A stretch of 64,000 nt of DNA, taken from assembly GCA_020348985.1 (NCBI GenBank), contig CP070761.1:3068971-3132970 (forward strand), in the 5' to 3' direction. Made by a program: the position numbers and the translations under genes. The notes beneath the pieces were generated by a model. It made no database searches. It was not told where the DNA came from and worked only from the letters and a program-made list of their open reading frames with translations. Within the stretch, counting starts at the first letter, position 1. Each line of letters begins with the position of its first letter. The DNA comes from Candidatus Thorarchaeota archaeon. Its GTDB lineage: Archaea; Asgardarchaeota; Thorarchaeia; Thorarchaeales; Thorarchaeaceae. This document shows positions 9,924 through 18,840 of the stretch, in pieces.

Positions 9924-10304
9924 ATGGCTGAGAAGAAGCTACGCTATCATTGTACAGCATGTGGAACCCCCAACGATCTAGACCTGGAAATCCCGATTGC
10001 ACCCGAACTCAAGCAGTTTGAGATAAACTGCTCAAATTGCCAAGATTTGACTCATGTGCTCATGACAAGATGTCCGAAATGCCAGAATTCTACACAATAT
10101 CTTCACAGCGACTTGGATTTCACACAAGAGATTCTCACGCTTTCTGGAACCTATGTGGATTTGATAAAGGGGATCAAGAGCAGCCTGTCTGAATACGTAA
10201 AGGAGTTCAAAGTGCCAGTACCGAAAAGATGGACGGTTCAGCTGACTTGCTCGTGCGGAGAAGAATATCCCGCATATATTCCACTCCCAAGCGCAGAGGA
10301 CTAG
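9924..10304 (+). CDS. multi-Zn-ribbon protein (126 aa)
   Basis: CxxC pairs at CTACG, CSNCQ and CPKCQ, plus CSCG. Confidence 0.55.
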   Translation: MAEKKLRYHCTACGTPNDLDLEIPIAPELKQFEINCSNCQDLTHVLMTRCPKCQNSTQYLHSDLDFTQEILTLSGTYVDLIKGIKSSLSEYVKEFKVPVPKRWTVQLTCSCGEEYPAYIPLPSAED

Positions 10305-10320
10305 GAAGATTTGGGAAGAC

Positions 10321-11115
10321 ATGAAGGCTAGAATCGGGGACAGAATCAAAGCGAAGGTGGCATCTAGACTAATGACCAAAATGTCTCGCGATGAAAGAAT
10401 CGTCAGAGTACTCTTGGGTGCCAAACGAGAGGACATACCTGAACGTCTTCTCCTTGTTTCAACGAGTTTCATTTTGGACAGAGCCAAGTCTCTAATCTCG
10501 AAGACAAAGGTAGTTGGAAGAGTCACAACCGGAGAATTCGGCCACAGTAGAATCGGAATTGTCGATATTGGAATGGGTACTCCATCGGCAGCAATGATGA
10601 TGGAGGCTGTCGTGAGAACTGATGCGGAGGTTTTACTCAGGGCTGACTTTTGTGGAGGTCTCGAAGAGGACCATTCAGTAGGGGACGCGTTCATAGCCGA
10701 AAAGGCAATCGTCGGAGACGGATCGGGCGCTACCTACTTCGGTGCAGAGGCCGTGGTTGGGGCTCACGAAGGCTTGACTGAATACATCAAGGATATCCTA
10801 GGAGAGATGAAATTGACTCAACATGCGGGGACTATTTGGACAACTGATATTCTGATGAAACAGACAAAGGAATTGCTTTCAGAATGGGTCCAGAAAGGTG
10901 CTTCTGCTGTGGACATGGAAAGCACGGCAATTCTTGGAATTGCAGAAGTTGAAGGTGTACCGGCGGCATCCCTCAACTGCATTTCAGATCTGCCATTGCA
11001 TGGTCGGGGTCCATTTGACTCGGATACAGTTGATCCAAACCTGCTTACTGGAACAGATCGAATCATCCAGGCAGGCCTCAAGTCTTTGATTTCGTGGGAT
11101 TCTAGCTCAGCGTAA
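10321..11115 (+). CDS. nucleoside phosphorylase family (PNP/UDP_1-like)
   Basis: GMGTPSAAMMMEAV and VDMESTAILGIA resemble the phosphate- and ribose-site motifs of uridine/purine nucleoside phosphorylases. Confidence 0.6.
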   Translation: MKARIGDRIKAKVASRLMTKMSRDERIVRVLLGAKREDIPERLLLVSTSFILDRAKSLISKTKVVGRVTTGEFGHSRIGIVDIGMGTPSAAMMMEAVVRTDAEVLLRADFCGGLEEDHSVGDAFIAEKAIVGDGSGATYFGAEAVVGAHEGLTEYIKDILGEMKLTQHAGTIWTTDILMKQTKELLSEWVQKGASAVDMESTAILGIAEVEGVPAASLNCISDLPLHGRGPFDSDTVDPNLLTGTDRIIQAGLKSLISWDSSSA

Positions 11116-11539
11116 TCTCGTATTCTAGATGCACCGGACATTTCACGGAGTTGCCGATAAGGCAGTATTTGTGTGCCCTCTCAGCCGCTTTTTTCATTCG
11201 CTTCTTATCGGTCTCGGTTGACACTCTGATTCGTGCAAACATGCTGATCTGGTCAAATTCCCATCCAAACTCGCCTCTTGCTAGTGTTCCGTTGGCAGTA
11301 ACGCGAAAGTCGATGAACTCGGCATGAAACCGTTTTGCCACTCCTGGAAGAGTCACCCCATAGCATGATACAACTGATGCGAGAAAGAGATCTTCTGGAG
11401 AAATCATACCCTCTGGGCTTTCGTCCCAGAAATCGGGAGGAGTGGCAATCTCCAGCTTCTCTTTTCCTTCGATCTCTATTGTGACTATCTTGTCCTTTAC
11501 CCATTTGCTTTCGAGTTCGTAGCGATGTTCCTTAGTCAT
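11102..11539 (-). CDS. OsmC/Ohr family peroxiredoxin-like protein
   Basis: SPEDLFLASVVSCYG and AHKYCLIGNS carry the two conserved Cys of the OsmC family. Confidence 0.8.
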   Translation of the reverse strand: MTKEHRYELESKWVKDKIVTIEIEGKEKLEIATPPDFWDESPEGMISPEDLFLASVVSCYGVTLPGVAKRFHAEFIDFRVTANGTLARGEFGWEFDQISMFARIRVSTETDKKRMKKAAERAHKYCLIGNSVKCPVHLEYEITLS

Positions 11540-11825
11540 AGTGTGGGCCTCGGTGTTTTTCGCGCTCTGAGTTGGATGAAAACGAAGGTTGAATCTTCCG
11601 CAAGGGGAAATTGGGAAGGCAGATGCGCGCCTTTACGCTGCAGATTCATGAATTGAGATGGTGACCCTTATTAGGAAGTGTAAGCATTCTCAAAGCGGTG
11701 GTCAGGTGGCTAGCAGGGCTTCTATATTCTGTAACATGCCCTCATAACTCCCCCCCTCCTACCAGTTGCCCTGGTGGTACTGACCACCAACTTCTGAGGG
11801 ATCTACGATCTGCTGTAGGGTGAAT

Positions 11826-12728
11826 CTAATCCTTTGATTTTGACTTCAGTTGTCTTAGAGCCTCTTTGATGTCTTCTTCGTCTATCTGAGCCTCTTCAAC
11901 TTCAACTGCCTCAACAGTGTCAGCGAGACCGCTTGCAGCAGCAGGGCTGTGTCGAACTGCTCTTTTTGTGACACCTTTTCCTCTCAGTTTCGAAGCAATC
12001 TCCGCAAGTTTTCCAGGTGAAACCTCTACATCATCCGGCAGGTCTTCCATGCTCGCGCCGAGTTCCTCGAGAATCGACTGTTGAATTCCAATCTTGTCAA
12101 TCTCCTCCATTGCGATTCCGGTGATTAGACCCACCAGCAAATCCGCCTTCTCCAGGGGGAAGAAGTTTCCTTTCGAGTTCTCAGCGATCTTCTTGTAGGC
12201 ATCGATTGCGCTCTTGTATCTATTGATTTGCGGAGTGCAGCCGACTGTGTGGATTACTACCCCGATGTCAAAAGCTCTCTGAGACTCTTCTTCCCAATTG
12301 TGGCCGTCAGGACATCCATCAGGAAAGTTGTCTCCCGAAGGTTCCACGCCGTGTGGAGGCGCGTCGCCAATTAGGATGACAACCTTGGCCGACTCGTTCA
12401 AGAACTCCATTCTGTTTGCAACGTGCAATGCATCGCAGACCGCTTCTGGACCATCGCCTCCACCATGTGCTACCATCTCCTTCACGTAACCTTCTATACT
12501 CGAGGTGTCAGGTGAGAGCTCGTACTTCTTTGTCACAAAGCTCTCATCTTCAGGAGGATGATCACGGTAGGAAACGAGACCGACTCTGAGCCTGTGAACG
12601 AGCTCCTCTTTCTTGATTGTGCGGATTATCTCCAGTATCTTGACCTTGACAGCATTGATGTAAGGGCCCATGCTGCCAGTATTGTCGACCACAAAAACGA
12701 TGTCCAGTTGTCCCAGCTTTTCAGACAT
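11826..12728 (-). CDS. von Willebrand factor A (vWA) domain protein with acidic helical tail
   Basis: DIVFVVDNTGSMG (MIDAS D-x-T-x-S), VSYRDHPP, GGGDGPEA and ILIGDAPPHG. Confidence 0.8.
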   Translation of the reverse strand: MSEKLGQLDIVFVVDNTGSMGPYINAVKVKILEIIRTIKKEELVHRLRVGLVSYRDHPPEDESFVTKKYELSPDTSSIEGYVKEMVAHGGGDGPEAVCDALHVANRMEFLNESAKVVILIGDAPPHGVEPSGDNFPDGCPDGHNWEEESQRAFDIGVVIHTVGCTPQINRYKSAIDAYKKIAENSKGNFFPLEKADLLVGLITGIAMEEIDKIGIQQSILEELGASMEDLPDDVEVSPGKLAEIASKLRGKGVTKRAVRHSPAAASGLADTVEAVEVEEAQIDEEDIKEALRQLKSKSKD

Positions 12729-12804
12729 TGCAATCGTTAGAAGGCTGACTTTTGGGGCATATTAGTTTAAGCTATTCAGACTGTATGCTCGTGCATACCG
12801 CAAG

Positions 12805-13539
12805 CTAGCCTTGGTTCCTTATCAGATACTGGATGTTTCCATCAATTATGTCAGGTCTTGAAATTGATCCGTGACCCGGGAGTACCCATTCTATGTCTAG
12901 CTCTTTCAGTCGCTCTAAGTTCTTGATCCAAGTCGTGACGCTGACGGAATCTAGGCGAATGTATGGATCCATTCCCTCCAAGATTGCATCACCTGCGAAT
13001 AGCACCTTGGATCTTGGGTGATAAACTGCAATATCTCCTGGAGTATGTCCTGGAATGGACAGGATCTGGAGTTCGTCTCCAAGATTGAGAGTAGTGTCTT
13101 CGGTGAGTGTCCGCTCTGGTCTAGTCAGTATCGCATCTCCGAGAACATCAATTGGGTCGTACTTCTCTTTGACTCTAATGGCGATGTCGTTCTTTGAGAG
13201 ATCGCGTTCGGCGTGTAGGATATTCGCAGTGTGTTCATGGGCAATCACAGTCGCTCCGTGTTTCTTGATCTCATTCATTCCAAAACAGTGATCTGTATCC
13301 TTGTGGGTGAGGATGAGAAACAAGTCCTCTGTACCCCTCATCTTGTCCCCAGCGAAGTTCCAGAGAAACTCTCCCGAGAATGCCGACATTCCGGAGTCAA
13401 TGAAGATGATTGACTCTTTTGTTTGGATGATACCTGCATTGACTCCGATATCCGCAAAGAAGTGAACTAGTCTATTTACTGCAAATACGCCGTCTGCAAT
13501 CTCTTTTGTTTGAGGGTTCCCCACACCTGGATGAGCCAT
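12805..13539 (-). CDS. metallo-beta-lactamase fold hydrolase
   Basis: LTHKDTDH (an HxHxDH-type motif with Asp at the second His position), IPGHTPGD, FAGDAI and LPGHG. The ORF is open to 13722, but the Cys/Trp-rich 61-aa extension overlaps the divergent gene, so ATG 13539 is preferred. Confidence 0.8.
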   Translation of the reverse strand: MAHPGVGNPQTKEIADGVFAVNRLVHFFADIGVNAGIIQTKESIIFIDSGMSAFSGEFLWNFAGDKMRGTEDLFLILTHKDTDHCFGMNEIKKHGATVIAHEHTANILHAERDLSKNDIAIRVKEKYDPIDVLGDAILTRPERTLTEDTTLNLGDELQILSIPGHTPGDIAVYHPRSKVLFAGDAILEGMDPYIRLDSVSVTTWIKNLERLKELDIEWVLPGHGSISRPDIIDGNIQYLIRNQG

Positions 13540-13707
13540 GTCTTCTGGACCTGTTTTTTCACATCTTAAGTTATCTCTCTGCGCGAGAAGCCCGCAGTGA
13601 CCAGCTTCTGGTTGATTGGAGGGTTGTTGGCAAATACAGGCAGAAATAAAGCACCAACAAGCTGAGACTACCAAATCAACCAGACGTGGCCAGAGGAGTC
13701 GGAGAGT

Positions 13708-14754
13708 GTGGAAACTAGGCAATGGATAGCCACTGTTCTTTGTTGTTTCTTGATAATGGTCTCATGGAAGCCAGCTGAATGTGCACAGCAAGACTCAACT
13801 GATAGACCGAAAATCGTCTTTGACTATTCTCATGGTCAGCCGGAAAGAGACCGCGACATTCATGAGCCAGTTGACAACAACCTTGCCGGCAATTTAACAG
13901 CTCTTGGTTATGAAGTAGTCTTCGCGTGGGGAGGGTTGAACTCGAGCGTTCTCTCTGATGCGGCGGGCATGATGTTTGCGTACATCTGGGGAGACAGCAA
14001 CGGCTACACTGACAACGAGATTGATGCCATTGTTAACTGGTACAATGAAGGTCATCGATTCGTCTGGGTTGGGGGCAACGGCGACTATGACGAATTCATA
14101 TGTAGGATGTGGGCGAATTCGACTCGTATTCTGGAGTCCATTGGGTCTCACATCTACCTTGAACCGACAGAATGTAACGATCCAATACTCAATTGTGGGG
14201 CTGACTACCGAATGATTGCGAATGTGACCAGTACGGACCCATTCATAGCTGATTGCGTTCGGAATGTTGAGACTGCTTACTTCCATGGTCCTACGATTGT
14301 GTACGGGAGTGACAGCACGAATAGCAGCCATCTGGAAGGCCCTGTTCCCTTGGAGAACAACTCTATTCCAAATGTGTATCCTCTGGTGTTCTACAGTCCA
14401 TCAGCACGGATAATCGACATGACAAGATCAATGATGCCAGTAGTCCATGAAGATGGTCAAGAGGGTTCGTTTGTCGCTGCTGCAATAGAAATAGCAGCAG
14501 GAGTGACTGGAACGAATGTCTTGGTGGTATCTGGGGCCAGTCCATATGGGGATCGGTCGATGTGCTCTGAGAGTTACTACGGAGTCTCTCATGATGGATA
14601 CCTCTTTGTGAGACAGACTGTTGATTTTGGAATGCAGTTGGCCCTGACTGAAGTGCAGAACTATACGGTCCACATTATCATCATTGGCGGGGCGATTGTC
14701 ACAATAGTGGTTCTCATCTACATTATCAGGAGAAGCGATATTCTGTCCGGATGA
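13708..14754 (+). CDS. secreted, C-terminally anchored glycoprotein-like protein
   Basis: GTG start, signal peptide, many NxS/T sequons and a C-terminal TM helix + RRS tail. The N-terminal domain starts KIVFDYSHGQ (see findings). Confidence 0.65.
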   Translation: METRQWIATVLCCFLIMVSWKPAECAQQDSTDRPKIVFDYSHGQPERDRDIHEPVDNNLAGNLTALGYEVVFAWGGLNSSVLSDAAGMMFAYIWGDSNGYTDNEIDAIVNWYNEGHRFVWVGGNGDYDEFICRMWANSTRILESIGSHIYLEPTECNDPILNCGADYRMIANVTSTDPFIADCVRNVETAYFHGPTIVYGSDSTNSSHLEGPVPLENNSIPNVYPLVFYSPSARIIDMTRSMMPVVHEDGQEGSFVAAAIEIAAGVTGTNVLVVSGASPYGDRSMCSESYYGVSHDGYLFVRQTVDFGMQLALTEVQNYTVHIIIIGGAIVTIVVLIYIIRRSDILSG

Positions 14755-14854
14755 ACAGATTCCACAGACTTCGAGTCATTGTTAGGCTAGACTTTTTAGA
14801 GGGACTAAGGAATTTCCACGAGCCGCTTACGGACCATGAAATGGAGATTTGTTG

Positions 14855-15544
14855 ATGGAAGTATTCAGCCAGCCTTCAGACAGAGACCTGGCATTGATTC
14901 ACGCATTGTTTGCAGTCATAGCGGCTGTAACTCTACTTGCACCAATACCTATGGTAATGGGCGATCGCATTCTTGCCCTTGTTATTGTCTATAGCATTCT
15001 CATCCTCTATGGAGCAATTCAGAGAGGCTACCGAGAATGGATCGACATATGGCTCTTTTCGATTATTCTTAGCATGCTAATGATAATGCCAGATTGGTTC
15101 CTTGTCGCGCAGCTCAATGTACTCACATTTCCTGTTGATGGCACCCCCATGATTGGACCTATTCCTCTGTATATGGGCGGTTTGTGGGCAATACCGTTCT
15201 TCATCATAATATACCTCGGAAATCGAATTGAAGAGTGGGTCGGAGGGATTCTAGTCAATGTTATTGTGGCTCTCATTGCATTGATCATTTTCGGCATTGC
15301 CGAAGCCACACTCTGGGCACTACCATCTTGGCAGGCTCAGAACGTCTTCATGATTGGTCATGTCGCCGTCTACATTCTGTTCCCCGAAATGATATTGGGT
15401 TTGGCGGTCTTCGTCACCTATGCTCAGGTAAGAGAGCGACAGATTTGGAGAAAGATACACTGGGCCTTTCTGACAATGCTCGTCTATATGGGCAGCATTT
15501 CGTTCTTCTACTTCTTGATAGAAAGAATCATCCTCCAGGCTTAG
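14855..15544 (+). CDS. integral membrane protein (6-7 TM), hypothetical
   Basis: Hydrophobic throughout. ATG 14855 is preferred over TTG 14849. Confidence 0.6.
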   Translation: MEVFSQPSDRDLALIHALFAVIAAVTLLAPIPMVMGDRILALVIVYSILILYGAIQRGYREWIDIWLFSIILSMLMIMPDWFLVAQLNVLTFPVDGTPMIGPIPLYMGGLWAIPFFIIIYLGNRIEEWVGGILVNVIVALIALIIFGIAEATLWALPSWQAQNVFMIGHVAVYILFPEMILGLAVFVTYAQVRERQIWRKIHWAFLTMLVYMGSISFFYFLIERIILQA

Positions 15545-15652
15545 GCCATTGTGTCAATCCACGGCTTGCTGTCAACTTACAATCATGGCTGTGATACCTC
15601 ACCAGCAATTCAAAAAAGGGGGATTATCATATGCTGAGAGGGGAAGGGAAAG

Positions 15653-16444
15653 ATGGACTACCCTAAGGGACTTCTTCTGCCGGACATCGAAAAGGCAGTT
15701 TCTGTCATTACTGATTTCATCAAGGAGTACTTCGAATCTGCTGGAGCAGAGAAGGCCGTTATTGGCCTAAGTGGAGGAGTAGATTCGGCCCTTGCAGCTT
15801 GGCTCACATGTCGAGCAATCGATTCCAAATCAGTTCTTGGTATCATGATACCTGTTGATGCATCAGCAGATGTTGAAAATATTGCAGACGCTCAGAACAT
15901 GGCAGACGGACTTAGAGTCGGATACGAGATATTCGAGCTGAAGAACGTGATTCAGGCCTTCGAACCACTTGGTCTTGAAGGAATCTGCCTCGGGAATCTA
16001 ACTGCGAGAATGAGAATGGCAACGTTATACGGAAGGGCCAATCAAATCGGCGGATTGGTCATCGGCACTGGTAACAAGAGCGAGATTATGACTGGATACT
16101 TCACAAAACACGGAGATGGAGCAGTTGACCTTCTCCCTTTAGGAGACATGTACAAGACCAATGTCTATCAATTGGCCGCCCATGCCGGAATCCCAAGCAA
16201 GATAATCGGAAAAGCCCCATCTGCTGGATTGCTGCCTGGGCAGACAGATGAGGGCGAGTTGGGCATTATGTATCAGGAATTGGATTCGATTCTGTTTCTT
16301 CTCTATGAGAAAAAAATGAAGAAGGATCAGATTGTCAAGAGCGGCTACTCAGCGGATTCAGTGGACAGGGTCCAAAGACTTGTGAGTGCATCACAACACA
16401 AGAGAGACCCCACTCCAAAACCGTCCACTTGGAAGAAGCAGTGA
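15653..16444 (+). CDS. nadE: NH3-dependent NAD+ synthetase
   Basis: PP-loop GLSGGVDSALAA, typical length and the TGNKSE motif. Confidence 0.9.
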   Translation: MDYPKGLLLPDIEKAVSVITDFIKEYFESAGAEKAVIGLSGGVDSALAAWLTCRAIDSKSVLGIMIPVDASADVENIADAQNMADGLRVGYEIFELKNVIQAFEPLGLEGICLGNLTARMRMATLYGRANQIGGLVIGTGNKSEIMTGYFTKHGDGAVDLLPLGDMYKTNVYQLAAHAGIPSKIIGKAPSAGLLPGQTDEGELGIMYQELDSILFLLYEKKMKKDQIVKSGYSADSVDRVQRLVSASQHKRDPTPKPSTWKKQ

Positions 16445-16509
16445 AGGAAACGGTCCACCAAAGCAAACACTAATCATACCCCGAACCCACCAGGCATTGG
16501 GTTCACATT

Positions 16510-18378
16510 TTGAGGACGGTTATTCCGATTCTGCTGATTCTTGTGTTGTCACTAGTGCCTTCGGCCAATTTCGCAAACCCTCCACAACCCAACCATGAAA
16601 GTTCATTGACTTCAGCTTCGACAGTCTATGCGACCGATCTTGCTGAAGAAATCTACAATCTAGTCTGTGAAGACTCTTTCAAGCAGTTCATAATCAAGGT
16701 ATCCGAGAACGGTACGAGAGAATACGAGACAGCAGAGAATGTCTACGCGAAGTTTTGGATCATGAGTCAACTCGAGAATGTCTCAGATGGTGCCATTGAA
16801 GTCACAGAATTTGGAGAACACGACTCGGTCTTGGGACGCCTTCCGGGCACTCTTGGGTCAGACGGCCCTGTTGTTATGGTGGGCGGTCACTATGACACGG
16901 TAGATGCACCTGGTGCAAACGATGACGGCACTGGCATCGCAGCTGCACTGGAGTTGGCCCGGATCTTATCGAACTACACATGGCCACTTGACATATACTT
17001 TTGCTTCTGGAATGCTGAGGAAATTGGACTTCACGGCTCTTGGGAGACTGCAGAGATGTTCGCGGAAGAGGAGAGGGACATTCTTGTCTACTTCAATATT
17101 GACATGCTTCTCGTTCAGGATCCAAGTGCTCCCACTGACGAGAGAATCTGGATGGTATACGACAACCATCCTGGAGCTCTGTTTCAGGATTCACAGTATT
17201 GGGCGGAGTTGACGCGAGTTATGAACAACAACTTTGACCAGCCTATAATCCTGCCACTCCCGGGTACTGAATTCCAGTTCTATGGACAGTCAGACCACTA
17301 TCCATTCCATGCCACAGGCTACAGGAGTTCACTTTTCGCCTTTGAGAGCGGAATTAGTATAGATAGTGCGTTCCACTCACACAACGATACATGGGACAAC
17401 CCTCTTTACAACTACACCATAGCAACAAGCACGGTCTCAAGTATTGGAGCGAGTATAGCGTACACTTTGAGCAGAACGATGGGTCAGCAGACAGTCTCAA
17501 AGTACAATTTCAATCTGATCCCTGGATCCACCAAGGAACTGTACATTGAGATTTCCATTGATACCGAACTAACTGTAGAGGGGAGTTGGTCAGGAGCAGA
17601 CGGTCTCGAGTTCGCGCTGAGAAGGCCGTCCGGAGTAGCTCTTACCTATAACTCGACGTCTCTTTCTGAGGGGGTGAACGAAACGGTCCTCACGGGTAAC
17701 ACCTCAAATCTGGGACTTCATGTTCTCGAGATTGAGAACACAGGATCAGGCAACGTTGGTATCGAAGTCACGCTGTCACATGATACTGACATAGAAGGAA
17801 ACGGCGTTCCAGACTGCTCCGAACCATGGTATAACGATTTCAATGTCGATTCGGATCTTGATGGGATTTCTGACGGACATGAAGAGCTAATGGGGGATGA
17901 TCGGTACGGGGACAATCCAGATATTGATGGAGATGGGCTGTCCAACTTAGACGAAATCAATGTCTACGGAACAGATCATCTAAGCAGTGACACCGACACT
18001 GATGGCATGCCCGATGGTTGGGAGGTGGTGAACGGACTGGATCCATTGTCAGCTGGCGACCGGTTCGCAGATCCTGATGAAGATGGACTGTCGAACTTAG
18101 ATGAGTTCTGGGTCGGAACTGATCCTCACAACAACGATTCCGATTCTGACACTATGCCTGACGGATGGGAAATTGAAAATGACCTTGATCCTACCGTAGA
18201 TGATTCGTTTCTCGACTCTGATGGAGATGGGCTCCTCAATAGTCTTGAGTATGCCTACGGTCTGAATCCAATGGTGGCTGATTGGATTGATCCGATTATT
18301 CCAATCTCACTTGGAGGAGCATCGGTTGTCTTCATAGTTCTCGTTGTCATCTATGTTAGGAGAAAAGGAACTGCGTAG
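16510..18378 (+). CDS. secreted M28 family metallopeptidase with thrombospondin-type-3 Ca-binding repeats and C-terminal TM anchor
   Basis: GGHYDTVDAPGANDDGTGIAAALELAR and FWNAEEIGLHGS (M28 Zn ligands). Six or more DxDxDG-[LM]-[SP]-D/N-x-x-E repeats. TM + RRK tail. TTG start. Confidence 0.8.
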   Translation: MRTVIPILLILVLSLVPSANFANPPQPNHESSLTSASTVYATDLAEEIYNLVCEDSFKQFIIKVSENGTREYETAENVYAKFWIMSQLENVSDGAIEVTEFGEHDSVLGRLPGTLGSDGPVVMVGGHYDTVDAPGANDDGTGIAAALELARILSNYTWPLDIYFCFWNAEEIGLHGSWETAEMFAEEERDILVYFNIDMLLVQDPSAPTDERIWMVYDNHPGALFQDSQYWAELTRVMNNNFDQPIILPLPGTEFQFYGQSDHYPFHATGYRSSLFAFESGISIDSAFHSHNDTWDNPLYNYTIATSTVSSIGASIAYTLSRTMGQQTVSKYNFNLIPGSTKELYIEISIDTELTVEGSWSGADGLEFALRRPSGVALTYNSTSLSEGVNETVLTGNTSNLGLHVLEIENTGSGNVGIEVTLSHDTDIEGNGVPDCSEPWYNDFNVDSDLDGISDGHEELMGDDRYGDNPDIDGDGLSNLDEINVYGTDHLSSDTDTDGMPDGWEVVNGLDPLSAGDRFADPDEDGLSNLDEFWVGTDPHNNDSDSDTMPDGWEIENDLDPTVDDSFLDSDGDGLLNSLEYAYGLNPMVADWIDPIIPISLGGASVVFIVLVVIYVRRKGTA

Positions 18379-18840
18379 CGTATTTATCTGATTCTCAGCC
18401 GCGGTGGTCACGAGTCCGGGATTCTTTCAGTGACTCCGCTGGCCTCAAGATCTAGCTTGACAGTTGTGTAATATCAGCTCACAGATCCCTCGAAGTGGCT
18501 TCCAATCCTACGATTGATTTCTTGGCGTAGCTGCGTGAACTCCATCTCGTTTGTTCCTACAGAATTTCGAGTATTGCAGAATTGATTACGTCACATTTGC
18601 CCTTCTCGATGATTGCCCCTGCTTGCATCGTCAAGTGCTTTGTCAGCATCTTGTCAGAAAATCGAATGCTCTCCGTGAGACTCCTATCACCTTGTTGCTG
18701 CCGAAGCAGAATTATTCTTTGCCTAGAGGCAGGAGGTGGGATTGCGTCAATGTAACTATGTTTTTCAGTGGTTCGTATGAAACGTTATCCTGTTCTGACA
18801 TGTATTGCGATTCGTCTTTGAAGAAAGGAGCCGTCCAGAT

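Noticed and set aside
10032-10694. 220-aa minus-strand ORF
   Set aside because: It runs antisense across two well-supported plus-strand genes (the Zn-ribbon protein and the nucleoside phosphorylase). It is Ser/Thr/Pro/Arg-rich with low-complexity composition and no motif, which is typical of a shadow ORF.
11540-11825. 286-nt spacer with a GGTGGT-ACTG-ACCACC hairpin (about 11773-11788) and a C7 tract, considered as a riboswitch or ncRNA
   Set aside because: It contains only a short hairpin and no recognisable riboswitch core. It is more simply the terminator region of the vWA gene plus the promoter of the OsmC gene. An Rfam scan would settle it.
13540-13722. N-terminal 61-aa extension of the metallo-beta-lactamase-fold gene
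   Set aside because: The extension is Cys/Trp-rich and unlike a signal peptide, and it overlaps the divergent gene start. The internal ATG 13539 gives a normal-length MBL protein.
17800-18250. Periodic DNA pattern (repeated GATGG...GATGGxTGGGA) that could be taken for a tandem repeat or array
   Set aside because: It is the coding image of the in-frame DxDxDG TSP3-like repeats in the M28 peptidase. The units are diverged and have no spacer structure.
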